64,000 bases of DNA from an uncultured Planctomycetota bacterium (GTDB lineage Bacteria; Planctomycetota; Phycisphaerae; Tepidisphaerales; Tepidisphaeraceae), in assembly GCA_963841915.1 (NCBI GenBank), contig CAWJEN010000006.1, positions 1 through 64,000 of the forward strand, read 5' to 3'. Positions 1 to 9,912 of the stretch are shown piece after piece. The notes below the pieces were generated by a model that made no database searches, had not been told where the DNA came from, and saw only the letters and a program-made list of their open reading frames with translations. Position numbers and translations under genes: made by a program. Position 1 is the stretch's first letter. Each line of letters begins with the position of its first letter.

Positions 1-906
1 GCCAAGTTCCACCTGCTCACCGACATTCTCGGCGAAGAGGACGGCTTCGGTGACATGGACTTCAAGGTCATCGGCACCGAGGTCGGCATCACCGCGATCC
101 AGCTCGACATCAAAATCGAGGGGTTGCCGATCAAGGTCATCAGCGACACGCTGGAGCGGGCCAAGCAGGCTCGCCTCAAAATCCTCGAGATCATGAAGAA
201 GGAGCTGCCCGAAGCTCGCTCCGACCTCAGCAAGTACGCCCCGCGGCTTATCAGCCTCAAGATCGATCCCGAGAAGATCGGCAAGGTCATCGGCCCGTCA
301 GGCAAGACGATCCGCAAGATCCAGGAGGAGACCGGCGCTCGCATCGATATCGATGACGACGGCACCGTCTACTTCTCTTCGAGCACACCCGGTGCCGCCG
401 AGAAGGCACGCGACATCGTCGAGGCGATGACGCAACAGGTGCAAGTCGGCCGTATTTACAAGGGCGAGATCGTCAGCGTCAAGGACTTCGGCGCGTTCGT
501 CGAGATCGCCCCTGAGACCGACGGCCTGTTGCACGTCAGCGAGATCAGCGCCAACTACGTCGAGCGTGTCAGCGACCACCTCAAGGTCGGCCAGACGCTC
601 GACGTGAAGGTGATCCTGATCGACGACCAGGGCCGCATCAAGCTCAGCCGGCGTAAGGCACTGGAGGAAACCGGCGAAGAGGACAACATCGGCGTGCCGC
701 GTACGAAGAAGGAAGGCGACGAGAGCGATCGAGGTGACCGCGGCGATCGTGGTTCGAGCCGCAACAGTGGTGGCGGCCGGGGCCGTTCCCGCCGTGGTGG
801 TGGCGACTCGGTCGACGAAAAGCCCGCCGAGGCCGCCAAGAGCGACGACTCGGACGGCGACGACCAGCCGCGCCGTCGCCGCCGCCGCGGCGGTGACGAC
901 GACTGA
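1..906 (+). CDS. pnp: Polyribonucleotide nucleotidyltransferase, C-terminal part (5' end outside window)
   Basis: Frame open from base 1 (AKFHLLTDILGEEDGFGDMDFKV); ITAIQLDIK, KH domain (KIGKVIGPSGKTIR), S1 domain (FGAFVEI...GLLHVSEI). Confidence 0.97.
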   Translation, partial: AKFHLLTDILGEEDGFGDMDFKVIGTEVGITAIQLDIKIEGLPIKVISDTLERAKQARLKILEIMKKELPEARSDLSKYAPRLISLKIDPEKIGKVIGPSGKTIRKIQEETGARIDIDDDGTVYFSSSTPGAAEKARDIVEAMTQQVQVGRIYKGEIVSVKDFGAFVEIAPETDGLLHVSEISANYVERVSDHLKVGQTLDVKVILIDDQGRIKLSRRKALEETGEEDNIGVPRTKKEGDESDRGDRGDRGSSRNSGGGRGRSRRGGGDSVDEKPAEAAKSDDSDGDDQPRRRRRRGGDDD

Positions 907-933
907 TCGATGGCTTTCATGAGTTCAACAGAA

Positions 934-960
934 AAGCCCGGCAGCGTCGCTGCCGGGCTT
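934..960. terminator. Probable bidirectional intrinsic terminator
   Basis: Perfect 12-bp stem AAGCCCGGCAGC-gtc-GCTGCCGGGCTT between convergent genes. Confidence 0.8.
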
Positions 961-983
961 ATCTGTTGTCTGTACTGAATGTT

Positions 984-1742
984 TCAGGCGCGACGGCGAC
1001 GCAGGAAGGCAAGGCCAGCCAGACCGGCGAGCCCGGCCGTGGTCGGCTCGGGGACCGGAATCACCGTGACTTCGTAGATCGTGTAGAAGGGAGAGGCCAC
1101 GCCCATCGACGTGATGTCGTAGAAGCCGGCCGTGCCGCCGTTAACGGTGCTCGCGTCAATGTAAAGCTGATCGACGGCGGAGCCGACAGCGATCGGGTTG
1201 CTCGATACGACACCCAGGTTGTTGGCAGCTCCGACGATGTTCGTCAGCGACTGCGTTACAAGGACATCCTCAGGAAGGACGATGTCCAAGGCGTCAAGGC
1301 CAGTCACCGTCAGGCGGCTGAAGGAGTTGGGCGCCAGCGGGGTGTTGAAGTTGAAGCTCGACGTGAACCCACCGATGAATGTGCCGGTGTCTGGCTCAAA
1401 GAAGTTGATGTTGCCCGTGAAGGAGTTCAACGCGCCGGCGCTGGTGCTGCTGTTGAAAACGCTGAACCGGAACTCGCTGAGTTCTCCACCTTGGACGAGG
1501 TCGAGATCGTCACCAAAGGTGGCAGTGAGGTCGGTGGAGGCGAACGCGCGAAGCGCTCCACCGGTACCAGCGTTCGAATAAACAACGGTCGGGGTCATCC
1601 GACCGGGTGAAACGGCGCCGAGATCGACCGTGAGTTCTTGCGCCGTGGTGGCGGCGCTCAGGTCAACAGCTTCCAACGCGGCGGAAGCGCCGGCGGACAG
1701 GATCAAAGGGGCCGCCAGGGCGGCAAGGTACTTCATCTGCAT
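984..1742 (-). CDS. PEP-CTERM sorting domain protein
   Basis: Signal peptide (MKYLAALAAPLILSAGASA) and C-terminal VPEPTTAGLAGLAGLAFLRRRRA. Confidence 0.92.
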   Translation of the reverse strand: MQMKYLAALAAPLILSAGASAALEAVDLSAATTAQELTVDLGAVSPGRMTPTVVYSNAGTGGALRAFASTDLTATFGDDLDLVQGGELSEFRFSVFNSSTSAGALNSFTGNINFFEPDTGTFIGGFTSSFNFNTPLAPNSFSRLTVTGLDALDIVLPEDVLVTQSLTNIVGAANNLGVVSSNPIAVGSAVDQLYIDASTVNGGTAGFYDITSMGVASPFYTIYEVTVIPVPEPTTAGLAGLAGLAFLRRRRA

Positions 1743-1989
1743 GGTTGCTCTTCTCTTCGGGTAGACGGAAATCGGTAGCTCTGTCGGACGTTCCGATGGC
1801 TACCCCGTCGCAGACCCATTCTGCAGGCCTGCGTCACATCCGACAAGCCTATCGAGCAATTTCGTCAAAAGGAGAACCAACACTGGAAGGCAGGGTGGAG
1901 ATCTAGGTGCTTTGTCCCGATCGTGCAGCAGGTCGGGTCGCCGGAGCAGAAAGTCTCCCCGATGCCTGCAGAAATCTTGTCGTTGACAC

Positions 1990-2017
1990 TTGCATTGCCG
2001 GCCACTGCTCCCATAAT
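1990..2017 (+). promoter_or_regulatory. Possible sigma70-type promoter for the downstream PEP-CTERM gene
   Basis: TTGCAT-N16-CATAAT in the divergent intergenic region. Confidence 0.35.
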
Positions 2018-2189
2018 CCGCATGTCACCTGTGCCGGCCGCTCGGCCCGACATCGGTGGCAGGAGAGACTGGCTGTTCTTGTGAATGGTCGGTGGCAGGT
2101 CCCGCGGTCGCCTTGGCGGCTGCTTGCCGCACGTTGCGGTGTCCTGTCAGCCTGATTTAAAGTAGACCATCCCTTTGGGAGAGACACAC

Positions 2190-3014
2190 ATGACCCGTAT
2201 TGCCCTGACCGTCGCGGCTGCTGCCGCCCTTGCCATTCCGACCTTCGCCTCGGCCGCCCGTGGCACGTCCAACACCTCCGTGTTCGACGTCACCGGCCCG
2301 ACCGGCACCGCCAAGGTCAACAACGGCCGCTTCGCCAACGACATCCTCTTCGATGACCTCGAGAGCCTTACCCCAGGCCCGCTGGCTGGTCAGACCAGCA
2401 TTGCCGGCGTCACCTACGGCTCCTTCGATGCGACGGTCACCGCCGGTCCCGATCAGGAGATTCTGCAGACGAACACCTTCGCTGACGACTTCTTCTTCGA
2501 CGAGTTTGATGCCGACTACAGCGCAGTCGTTACGCCGGCTGCCTCTGACGGCTTCATCCTGTCGTTCGACTACGCGTTGAGCGATTTCGCGACCACCCGC
2601 CTGTTCCGTCCGACCTCGGTCGGCGGCACGTTCTTCACTGTTGCCGGTGACCAGGACGGTGACGGCGACCTCGACGTGCTCCAGAGTGACGGCGCCGGCG
2701 CCGCATTCTTCGTCGATACAGGTGTCGCCATGCCACTGGCAGCCAACTTCGGCATCCAGGTCGACGGCAGCGCCCTGACGATCCTGCTCGATGAAGCTCC
2801 GGTCTACACCGGCCTGATCCTTGGTGCTAACGACGCGACCATTGCTACGCCTGAGCTGTCGACGGGCATTCTGTTCTCGAGCGGCAACAACGTCGCCGGC
2901 CTCGGCTCGACGATCATCATCGACAACCTGTCGCTGAGCACGGTTCCCGAGCCGACCAGCCTGGCCGTGCTCGGCCTTGCCGGCATGGGCATGCTCCGCC
3001 GTCGCCGCGCCTGA
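2190..3014 (+). CDS. PEP-CTERM sorting domain protein
   Basis: GGAGAG RBS before ATG 2190, signal peptide, C-terminal VPEPTSLAVLGLAGMGMLRRRRA. Confidence 0.92.
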   Translation: MTRIALTVAAAAALAIPTFASAARGTSNTSVFDVTGPTGTAKVNNGRFANDILFDDLESLTPGPLAGQTSIAGVTYGSFDATVTAGPDQEILQTNTFADDFFFDEFDADYSAVVTPAASDGFILSFDYALSDFATTRLFRPTSVGGTFFTVAGDQDGDGDLDVLQSDGAGAAFFVDTGVAMPLAANFGIQVDGSALTILLDEAPVYTGLILGANDATIATPELSTGILFSSGNNVAGLGSTIIIDNLSLSTVPEPTSLAVLGLAGMGMLRRRRA

Positions 3015-3045
3015 ACGCGTCGCTGCGAACCTTCAAATCGGAGAG

Positions 3046-3080
3046 CGGCCGCTGCGGGTGAACCCCGCGGCGGCCGGTTT
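3046..3080 (+). terminator. Probable intrinsic terminator
   Basis: CGGCCGCTGCGGG-tgaac-CCCGCGGCGGCCG followed by GTTT. Confidence 0.6.
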
Positions 3081-3130
3081 CGTTCTATCTGGCCACTACC
3101 ACTTCCCGAACACGCGTCTACGCTTCTGCC

Positions 3131-4090
3131 TTGAATCTTTCGATCCCTCTCGACGATCCTGATCACGCCCTTGCCCTTAGCGGCCCGGGCGATGCACATC
3201 TTAAACGCCTCCGCGAGCTCTTCGACGTGTCGATGACCCTTCGGGGCGGTGAGCTGAAACTGTCGGGCGAGAGCAAGCCCGTCGCCGTTGCGGCACGTGT
3301 TGTTGAGCGGCTGCAACACCTGCTCCGTCGCAAAGAGTTCCTCTCCAGCGATGACGTCTCCGAGGCCGTTACCGATGTCCGCGAGGACGACCTTCGCCGC
3401 GAGAACGAGAGCGACGCCGTCGAGGTCTTCTCCCGCGGCACCCGCATCCGGGCCAAGACCGATGGCCAGCAACGGTACCTGCGGGCGATCCTAGACCACG
3501 ACCTGACGTTCTGCACCGGACCCGCCGGCACGGGCAAAACCTATCTCGCCGTCGCCGCCGCCGCGGCAATGCTTAAACGGCACACGGTCAAACGCATCGT
3601 CCTGGCCCGCCCTGCCGTCGAGGCGGGCGAACGGCTCGGCTTTCTGCCCGGCGACATGGCCGCCAAGGTCAATCCCTACCTGCGGCCGCTCCTCGACGCG
3701 CTGAACGACATGATGAGCCTCGACCAGGTCAAACGCTTCATGGTCGGCGACGTCATCGAGGTCATCCCGCTCGCCTTCATGCGCGGCCGCACGTTCAACG
3801 ACTCCGTTGTTATTCTCGATGAGGCACAAAACACCACCGTCAGCCAAATGCTGATGTTCCTGACCCGTCTCGGCAACGACTCCAAGATGATCGTCACCGG
3901 CGACCCGCGGCAGACCGATCTCGAGGACAACGTCGACAGCGGCCTCGGTGACGCCCTTGGGCGGCTCGAGCATGTGCCCGGAATCGCTCACGTTCACCTC
4001 GACAAGACCGACATCGTCCGCCACCCGCTCGTGCAGAACATCGTCGAGGCGTACGAGCACACCGGCTACGACAAAGTCGGCAGCGTCTGA
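3131..4090 (+). CDS. phoH: PhoH family ATPase (PhoH-like/YbeZ)
   Basis: GPAGTGKTYLA, RPAVEAGERLGFLPG, PLAFMRGRTF, ILDEAQN, GDPRQTDL, DIVRHPLV. Confidence 0.93.
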   Translation: MNLSIPLDDPDHALALSGPGDAHLKRLRELFDVSMTLRGGELKLSGESKPVAVAARVVERLQHLLRRKEFLSSDDVSEAVTDVREDDLRRENESDAVEVFSRGTRIRAKTDGQQRYLRAILDHDLTFCTGPAGTGKTYLAVAAAAAMLKRHTVKRIVLARPAVEAGERLGFLPGDMAAKVNPYLRPLLDALNDMMSLDQVKRFMVGDVIEVIPLAFMRGRTFNDSVVILDEAQNTTVSQMLMFLTRLGNDSKMIVTGDPRQTDLEDNVDSGLGDALGRLEHVPGIAHVHLDKTDIVRHPLVQNIVEAYEHTGYDKVGSV

Positions 4091-4091
4091 C

Positions 4092-5102
4092 TTACGACGA
4101 GCGTGCCCGCTCCATCGCCCTTGCCAGTCGCAGCGAGTCGTCGCGAGACATGAACGGATCGGCCTCGCCGCGTACGGCTTTGGCAAAGGCGTTGGCCTCG
4201 AGGGCGTATAGAGGAAGCGTCGCCTTCGTCTCGACAGACTCCGGCGGCGGCGGGTCGGCCGACTCGCCGGGCTTCAGTTCCTGCTTCGGCCGTGCGGCTC
4301 TATGCACCGTGTAGCCGGCCGCGTCACCAGGCTTCCAAGGCACTGCCGCCGTCAGGTAACCGCCGGTGCCGGCGACGAGCAGCGTGTTGTCGTGCTGCGT
4401 GTCTACGCCGCAGGTGAAGGTCGCCTGCACGCCGTTGTCGAGCTTGACGACGCCGCTCGTCATAGCGTCGACGCCGCGCTCGTGCATGCGCCGGGCGACC
4501 GACAACTCTGTTACGTCACCGCCGCCTAGCAGCATGATCGCGTCGAGGCAGTAACAGCCGACGTCCATCATCGCCCCGCCAGCGAGCGTCGGGTCGAAGC
4601 GTACGTTGCCGTCGATTTTCGTCGTCCTGTAGCAGAAACTGGCCCGAATGCTGGTGACATCGCCGATGACGCCGTCTGCCAAGGCTTGCCGAATCGCGAG
4701 CGTCTGCGGGTGGCAACGATACATGAATGCTTCGACGAGCACTCGCTTCGCCTTGGCGGCGGCGTCGAACATCGTCGTCGCCTCCTCAGTCGAAATGGCC
4801 AGCGGCTTTTCGCACAACACGTGTAGGCCGCCGCGAAGCATCTTGATCGCCCACTCGGCGTGCAGCGTGTTCGGCAGCGAGATGTAGACCGCGTCAATGC
4901 CCGGATCGTCGAGGAGCTCGCTGTAACCCGCGACGGCGGTGCCGCCCATGTCACGACAGAACGAAGCCGCCCGATCAGCACTGCGGCTAGCAACGCTTTG
5001 TAGTTCGTGCCCCTTGAGCTGCTTAAGATCGCGGCAGAACTGCCTGGCGATATTCCCGGTCCCGAGCACGCCCCACCGAAAGACGCCCGAAGTAGTGGCC
5101 AT
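4092..5102 (-). CDS. Gfo/Idh/MocA family oxidoreductase
   Basis: WGVLGTGNIA, HVLCEKP, EAFMYRCHP, GGAMMDVGCY; start placed at MATTSG. Confidence 0.9.
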   Translation of the reverse strand: MATTSGVFRWGVLGTGNIARQFCRDLKQLKGHELQSVASRSADRAASFCRDMGGTAVAGYSELLDDPGIDAVYISLPNTLHAEWAIKMLRGGLHVLCEKPLAISTEEATTMFDAAAKAKRVLVEAFMYRCHPQTLAIRQALADGVIGDVTSIRASFCYRTTKIDGNVRFDPTLAGGAMMDVGCYCLDAIMLLGGGDVTELSVARRMHERGVDAMTSGVVKLDNGVQATFTCGVDTQHDNTLLVAGTGGYLTAAVPWKPGDAAGYTVHRAARPKQELKPGESADPPPPESVETKATLPLYALEANAFAKAVRGEADPFMSRDDSLRLARAMERARSS

Positions 5103-5253
5103 GACTGACGCTATGGGCGTCGGTCGCATCAGCTTCGCTTGTCCGTCTTCCAAGAAGATTCCGGAGCCGGGGTCGCTGCACTGAAGAAGCCTGATCTGTC
5201 GCGGCCGTCTCACGAGGACGCTTCACCTCGCACGACAGCTCCTAACTTCTGAC

Positions 5254-6129
5254 ATGCTGCGGACGGGACGACTCAGCGACGCCGGCCTGTGGCCGTACGT
5301 CATGCTCACACCCTTTGTGGTGGCGTTCAGTCTCTTCGGCATCTGGCCAGTCGTGCGGACGGTCGGCCTGAGCCTCGACGATGGCACAGAAGCCTATCAG
5401 AGCGTTCTGACCGACCCGCTCGTGTGGCTGGCAACGGCGAACACAGCCGGGTTTGCCGTGATCTTCACCGTTGGGCAGGCCCTTGTCGCGACGGCGGCAG
5501 CCTTGCTCATCGACGCGCTGCCGCGACGCCTCGCCGGATTGCTGGCGACACTTTTCTTCGGCACGCACCTGCTCGGTGGCACCTTCGCCGGCGTCCTCTT
5601 CACCGCCTTGCTCAGCGGGCGCGGCGGGCTCGTCAACCAACTGCTCCTCGGCACAAGCCTCGTCGCCGAGCCTGTCGCGTGGCTGACCACGCCGAACCTT
5701 GCGATGCCGGTGCTGCTCGTCGCCGCAGTCTACGTCGGGTTCGGGTTCGGAACGATCTACCTGCTGGCGGCGCTCCGCCGGATCGACCGTGAACTGCTCG
5801 ATGCCGCTCGCGTCGACGGTGCGGGCCCGGTGCGGCGGCTGCTCATGGTCGCGATCCCGCAGCTGCGACCGACGCTGTCAATCCTGCTGATCGGCGGCCT
5901 GTTTTGGGGTTTGGCCGCCTTCGAGTTGCCGTACGTGCTATTCGACGGGCCAGGCCCAAGCTATCGTGTGCTGACCGTCGCGATGCTCGTTTTCTCCAGC
6001 GCATTCGAACGCGGCGAAGTAGCCTACGCGTCGGCTCTGGCGACGCTGCTCGCTGCGACAACGGCGTTGCTCGTTGCTTTTACCGCGTTGTTCCTTCGCG
6101 TCGGTCGCGAAGAGGTAACGGTCGCTTGA
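5254..6129 (+). CDS. Carbohydrate ABC transporter permease (MalF/UgpA-like)
   Basis: Multiple TM segments and EAA-like loop ELLDAARVDGA. Confidence 0.85.
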   Translation: MLRTGRLSDAGLWPYVMLTPFVVAFSLFGIWPVVRTVGLSLDDGTEAYQSVLTDPLVWLATANTAGFAVIFTVGQALVATAAALLIDALPRRLAGLLATLFFGTHLLGGTFAGVLFTALLSGRGGLVNQLLLGTSLVAEPVAWLTTPNLAMPVLLVAAVYVGFGFGTIYLLAALRRIDRELLDAARVDGAGPVRRLLMVAIPQLRPTLSILLIGGLFWGLAAFELPYVLFDGPGPSYRVLTVAMLVFSSAFERGEVAYASALATLLAATTALLVAFTALFLRVGREEVTVA

Positions 6130-6168
6130 GGTCTGGGTGACTGCTGCACTCGCTACCTTGCCCCGCCC

Positions 6169-6942
6169 TTGTCTCGCCGCTTGCTGCTCTTGCTTCTCGT
6201 GTTCGCCGCTGCCGTGCCGGCGGCGATGCCGCTGATCTGGATCGTGGTCAGCTCGTTGCGTCTGGGTGACGAAGGCGCACCGTGGTCCGCCTTTGCCGAA
6301 GTCGCCGCGGCCGCTCCATTGTGGCAATGGTTGCTCAACGGCCTGCTGATTGCCGGCGGACAGACGGTGCTGGCGGTCGTATTCTGCAGCCTCGCCGCCT
6401 TCGCCGTCACGAGCTATCGCTTCGTCGGCCGCTCAGTCATTCTGGTTGTCCTTGTGGCGACGGCTCTGCTGCCGGGGCCCGCCGCCATCACAGGCCTTTT
6501 CGAAGTCGTTGCCAAGCTGGGCGGCGTTGACACGTACTGGGCGGCAACATTACCGGGCGCGTTCAGCGTGATTGGCCTGTTCCTCTTTGCCGCCGCGATG
6601 CGTTCGACACCGCGATCAGTCATGGAAGCCGCCCGACTCGACGGGTGCGGCGAGCTTCGGCTTTGGTGGGACATTGCCCTGCCGATCGTCCGACCGGCGA
6701 CGTCGGCATTCGTGCTGCTGCACTTTCTGGCCGCATGGAACGCGTTGTTGTGGCCAACGGCCATACTCGCCGACGAATCCAAGCGTCCCATCGCCGCCGG
6801 CTTGGCCGGCGTGTCGAAAAGCGTCGCCTTCGAGGCCGACGTGAGCCTGCCGCTGACCGCGACGCTGCTGTCGCTCGTGCCTGTGATGCTGCTGTTCGCC
6901 GCGTGCGGCCGGGACATCTTGCGCCGACCGGCAGCGGACTAA
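6169..6942 (+). CDS. Carbohydrate ABC transporter permease (MalG/UgpE-like)
   Basis: EAARLDG, IALPIVRP, AWNALLWP. Confidence 0.85.
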   Translation: MSRRLLLLLLVFAAAVPAAMPLIWIVVSSLRLGDEGAPWSAFAEVAAAAPLWQWLLNGLLIAGGQTVLAVVFCSLAAFAVTSYRFVGRSVILVVLVATALLPGPAAITGLFEVVAKLGGVDTYWAATLPGAFSVIGLFLFAAAMRSTPRSVMEAARLDGCGELRLWWDIALPIVRPATSAFVLLHFLAAWNALLWPTAILADESKRPIAAGLAGVSKSVAFEADVSLPLTATLLSLVPVMLLFAACGRDILRRPAAD

Positions 6943-8414
6943 GCAGCTGCAATGCGGCCTTGTACCGCTGTCTTGCCGATCAGCGTCAGACCGCGGCTGC
7001 TCACGATGTCGACATCGATCAGCTCGCCCGCCAAGTTGCGGTCGCCGTCGAAGACGACGATCTGATCGCCACGGGTGCGGCCGACGAGTTGAACCGTCTC
7101 TGGCATGTGCCTTCGCCTGACGAAACCACTGCCGAGGCTCACGCCGTTGTTGGGTGAGGCCGGATAGGCTTTGGCGGTGTGGCGGCTTTCGCCCTCGACC
7201 ATCAGCTCGACCGTCTGGCCGATCATCTCTGCATTGACGGCTATACTCACTTCGTTCTGCACGGCAATGAGTTCGTTGCACCGCCGCCGCTTGTCGGCCT
7301 CATCGACGTCATCGGCATAGCGGTTGATCGCCACCGTGCCCGGACGCGGTGAGTACTTGAAGATGAACGAATTCTTGAACCCGCAACGGCGGATCACGTC
7401 CTTCGTCGACTGAAACTCGGCCTCCGTCTCCGTCGGGAAACCGACGATAAAGTCGCTCGCCAGCGACACATCCGGCATCCGCTCTTTGGCCCGGTCGATG
7501 AAGTCGTAATACTGCTCGATCGTGTAGCCGCGGTTCATCGCCTTCAGCACGCGGTTGTCGCCGTGCTGGGCCGGCACGTGCAAGTAACGGCAAATCCGCT
7601 CGCAGTCACGCATGGCATCGAGCGCCTCATCAGTAAAATCCCGCGGATAGCTGGTAACAAAGCGAAGCCGCGGCAGGTGCGGTACGGCCTCGTGCACCGC
7701 GTGCAACAACTCTGCGAACGAGGTCTGTCGACTGTCGCCGTGGTCGTAGGCATAGTGGTTAATCGTCTGGCCCAGCAACGTGACTTCCTGCACGCCCGCA
7801 TCGGCCAGACGCCTGACCTCATCGACAATGTTCTGTGGCGGCCTGTGCACCTCGGCCCCGCGCGTGTAAGGCACGACGCAGTATGTGCAGAACTTGTTGC
7901 ATCCGCGTGTGATCCGCACATAAGCCTGTTTGCCCGCGTCACCGGGCGAGATCGCTCGCGACAGATCCAGATGCTCGAGATGATCCTCCGCCGCCTCCAG
8001 CGTGGAGGATCGCCGGGCCGACGCACCGAGTAAGGCCGCCGTCTGTTCACCGCCCGTCAGCACGGCATTGTGGACCATGTTCGGCAGCTTGTCGAGCTCG
8101 CCCGGGCCGCATAGCAGGTCGACGTGCGGAAACTTCTTAAAGATATCGGTGCCATCCCGCTCGGCCATGCAACCGATGACGCCCACGACCAGGTTCGGCC
8201 GATCATCTTTAGCGTGCTTCATTTCGCCGAGTCGGCTCCAGACTTTCTGCTCGGCATGTTCGCGGACGCTGCACGTGTTGAAGATGACGACGTCTGCCGT
8301 CTCGCGGTCCGTCGACGGCTCGTAGCCCATGCCGACAAGCTGCCCCGTGACAAGCTCGCTGTCGAGCACGTTCATTTGGCAGCCGAAGGTTTCTAGGTAA
8401 AGCGTGCGCGGCAT
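6939..8414 (-). CDS. miaB: tRNA i6A37 methylthiotransferase
   Basis: ETFGCQMN, FNTCSVREHAEQK, radical SAM CNKFCTYC, C-terminal TRAM domain. Confidence 0.95.
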   Translation of the reverse strand: MPRTLYLETFGCQMNVLDSELVTGQLVGMGYEPSTDRETADVVIFNTCSVREHAEQKVWSRLGEMKHAKDDRPNLVVGVIGCMAERDGTDIFKKFPHVDLLCGPGELDKLPNMVHNAVLTGGEQTAALLGASARRSSTLEAAEDHLEHLDLSRAISPGDAGKQAYVRITRGCNKFCTYCVVPYTRGAEVHRPPQNIVDEVRRLADAGVQEVTLLGQTINHYAYDHGDSRQTSFAELLHAVHEAVPHLPRLRFVTSYPRDFTDEALDAMRDCERICRYLHVPAQHGDNRVLKAMNRGYTIEQYYDFIDRAKERMPDVSLASDFIVGFPTETEAEFQSTKDVIRRCGFKNSFIFKYSPRPGTVAINRYADDVDEADKRRRCNELIAVQNEVSIAVNAEMIGQTVELMVEGESRHTAKAYPASPNNGVSLGSGFVRRRHMPETVQLVGRTRGDQIVVFDGDRNLAGELIDVDIVSSRGLTLIGKTAVQGRIAAA

Positions 8415-8495
8415 CGGGCGGGTAGCTTACGCGCTTCGGCAACCGGTTGCCGACTTCTGAACGAGTCGGCAGGTCGCCGCGGGTAGACTTGCCCG

Positions 8496-9896
8496 ATGAG
8501 CGATGTGAACACGAACAACGCCGCAGCGCCCGCCGGGGCCACCGTGGAAGATCAGACGCCCGAAGTTGATGCCGTAGAGGAGGGACTGACGCTGACCAAC
8601 AGCGAAGAAGCTTTTGCAGCATCTTCAAAGGTCATGCCAGGCGGCGTCTCGTCACCCGTCCGCGCGTTCGGAGCGGTCGGCGGCACGCCCGTCTTTATCC
8701 GCTGCGCCGAGGGCTGCTGCATGGAAGACGTCGACGACAATGTCTACATCGACTACGTCGCCAGCTACGGCCCGCTGATCGCCGGCCACGCCAATGAGCG
8801 GATTCTCGCCGCCATCAGCAAAGCGGCCGGCCGCGGTACGACCTACGGCTGCCCAACGACGCTCGAGACCGATCTTGCCGAGACGATTATCGATTCGCTA
8901 CCGGGCCACGACATGGTCCGCTTCGTCAACAGCGGCACCGAAGCGGCTATGAGTGCCATCCGGCTTGCCCGTGGGGCCAGCGGTCGCGACAAGATCGTCA
9001 AGTGCGTCGGTTGCTACCACGGCCACGTCGATGCGCTGCTCGTCGAAGCAGGCAGCGGCGCGATGACGCACGGCACACCTTCATCGCCGGGCGTGACTGA
9101 AGCGCTGACCCGCAACACACTGCTTGTTCCGTACAACGATCTCGATGCTGTCCGTCGCGTCTTCGAGCAGCAAGGCGACGAAATTGCGTGCTTTGCCGTC
9201 GAACCAATCGCCGGCAACATGGGCCTCGTCAAGCCGGCCGAAGGCTACCTGCAGGGGCTTCGCTCGCTGTGCGACGAGTTCGGCGTGCTGTTGCTTTTCG
9301 ACGAGGTCATGACCGGGTATCGCGTCGCGTGGGGTGGCGCGCAGGTGCTGTACGACGTGCAGCCTGACCTGACGTGTCTCGGCAAGATCATTGGTGGGGG
9401 CCTACCGGCGGCGGCGTATGCGGGGCCGAAGAAGATCATGGACCAGATCTCGCCTGTCGGCCCCGTGTACCAGGCGGGCACGCTCAGCGGCAACCCGCTG
9501 GCTATGGCCGCCGGGTTGGCAACGCTCGACATTCTGCAGCAAGCGGGCACGTACGAGCAGCTCGAAGCCGCCGGGGCCAAGCTCGAAGCCGGCCTCATCG
9601 ACGCCGCCTCCAAGCACGATGTGCCGCTGACGGTCAATCGCGTCGGCAGCATGATCGGCGTCTACCTGCCCGACGCTCACGGTACGGCTATTGATAACTT
9701 CGATGCCGTTGTCGCCACTGACGCCGAGCGGTTCGCGACGTTCTTCCACGCCTTGCTGGAGCAGAAGGTGATGGTGCCGCCGAGCCGATTCGAAGCGTGG
9801 TTCCTTGGGCTGGCTCACGACGACGAGACGCTGGACGCGACAGTCGAGGCGGCGGAAGTCGCCTTTGCCGAGGTGTCGCGGGTTCACGCCGACTGA
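8496..9896 (+). CDS. hemL: Glutamate-1-semialdehyde 2,1-aminomutase
   Basis: PGGVSSPVRAF, VNSGTEA, YHGHVD, FDEVMTG, GKIIGGGLP, YQAGTLSGNP. Confidence 0.96.
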   Translation: MSDVNTNNAAAPAGATVEDQTPEVDAVEEGLTLTNSEEAFAASSKVMPGGVSSPVRAFGAVGGTPVFIRCAEGCCMEDVDDNVYIDYVASYGPLIAGHANERILAAISKAAGRGTTYGCPTTLETDLAETIIDSLPGHDMVRFVNSGTEAAMSAIRLARGASGRDKIVKCVGCYHGHVDALLVEAGSGAMTHGTPSSPGVTEALTRNTLLVPYNDLDAVRRVFEQQGDEIACFAVEPIAGNMGLVKPAEGYLQGLRSLCDEFGVLLLFDEVMTGYRVAWGGAQVLYDVQPDLTCLGKIIGGGLPAAAYAGPKKIMDQISPVGPVYQAGTLSGNPLAMAAGLATLDILQQAGTYEQLEAAGAKLEAGLIDAASKHDVPLTVNRVGSMIGVYLPDAHGTAIDNFDAVVATDAERFATFFHALLEQKVMVPPSRFEAWFLGLAHDDETLDATVEAAEVAFAEVSRVHAD

Positions 9897-9912
9897 CTAG
9901 GCTGGCGTGCCC

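Noticed and set aside
2053..2099. Sigma54 promoter at the TGGCAGG repeats
   Set aside because: No correctly spaced TTGC -12 element
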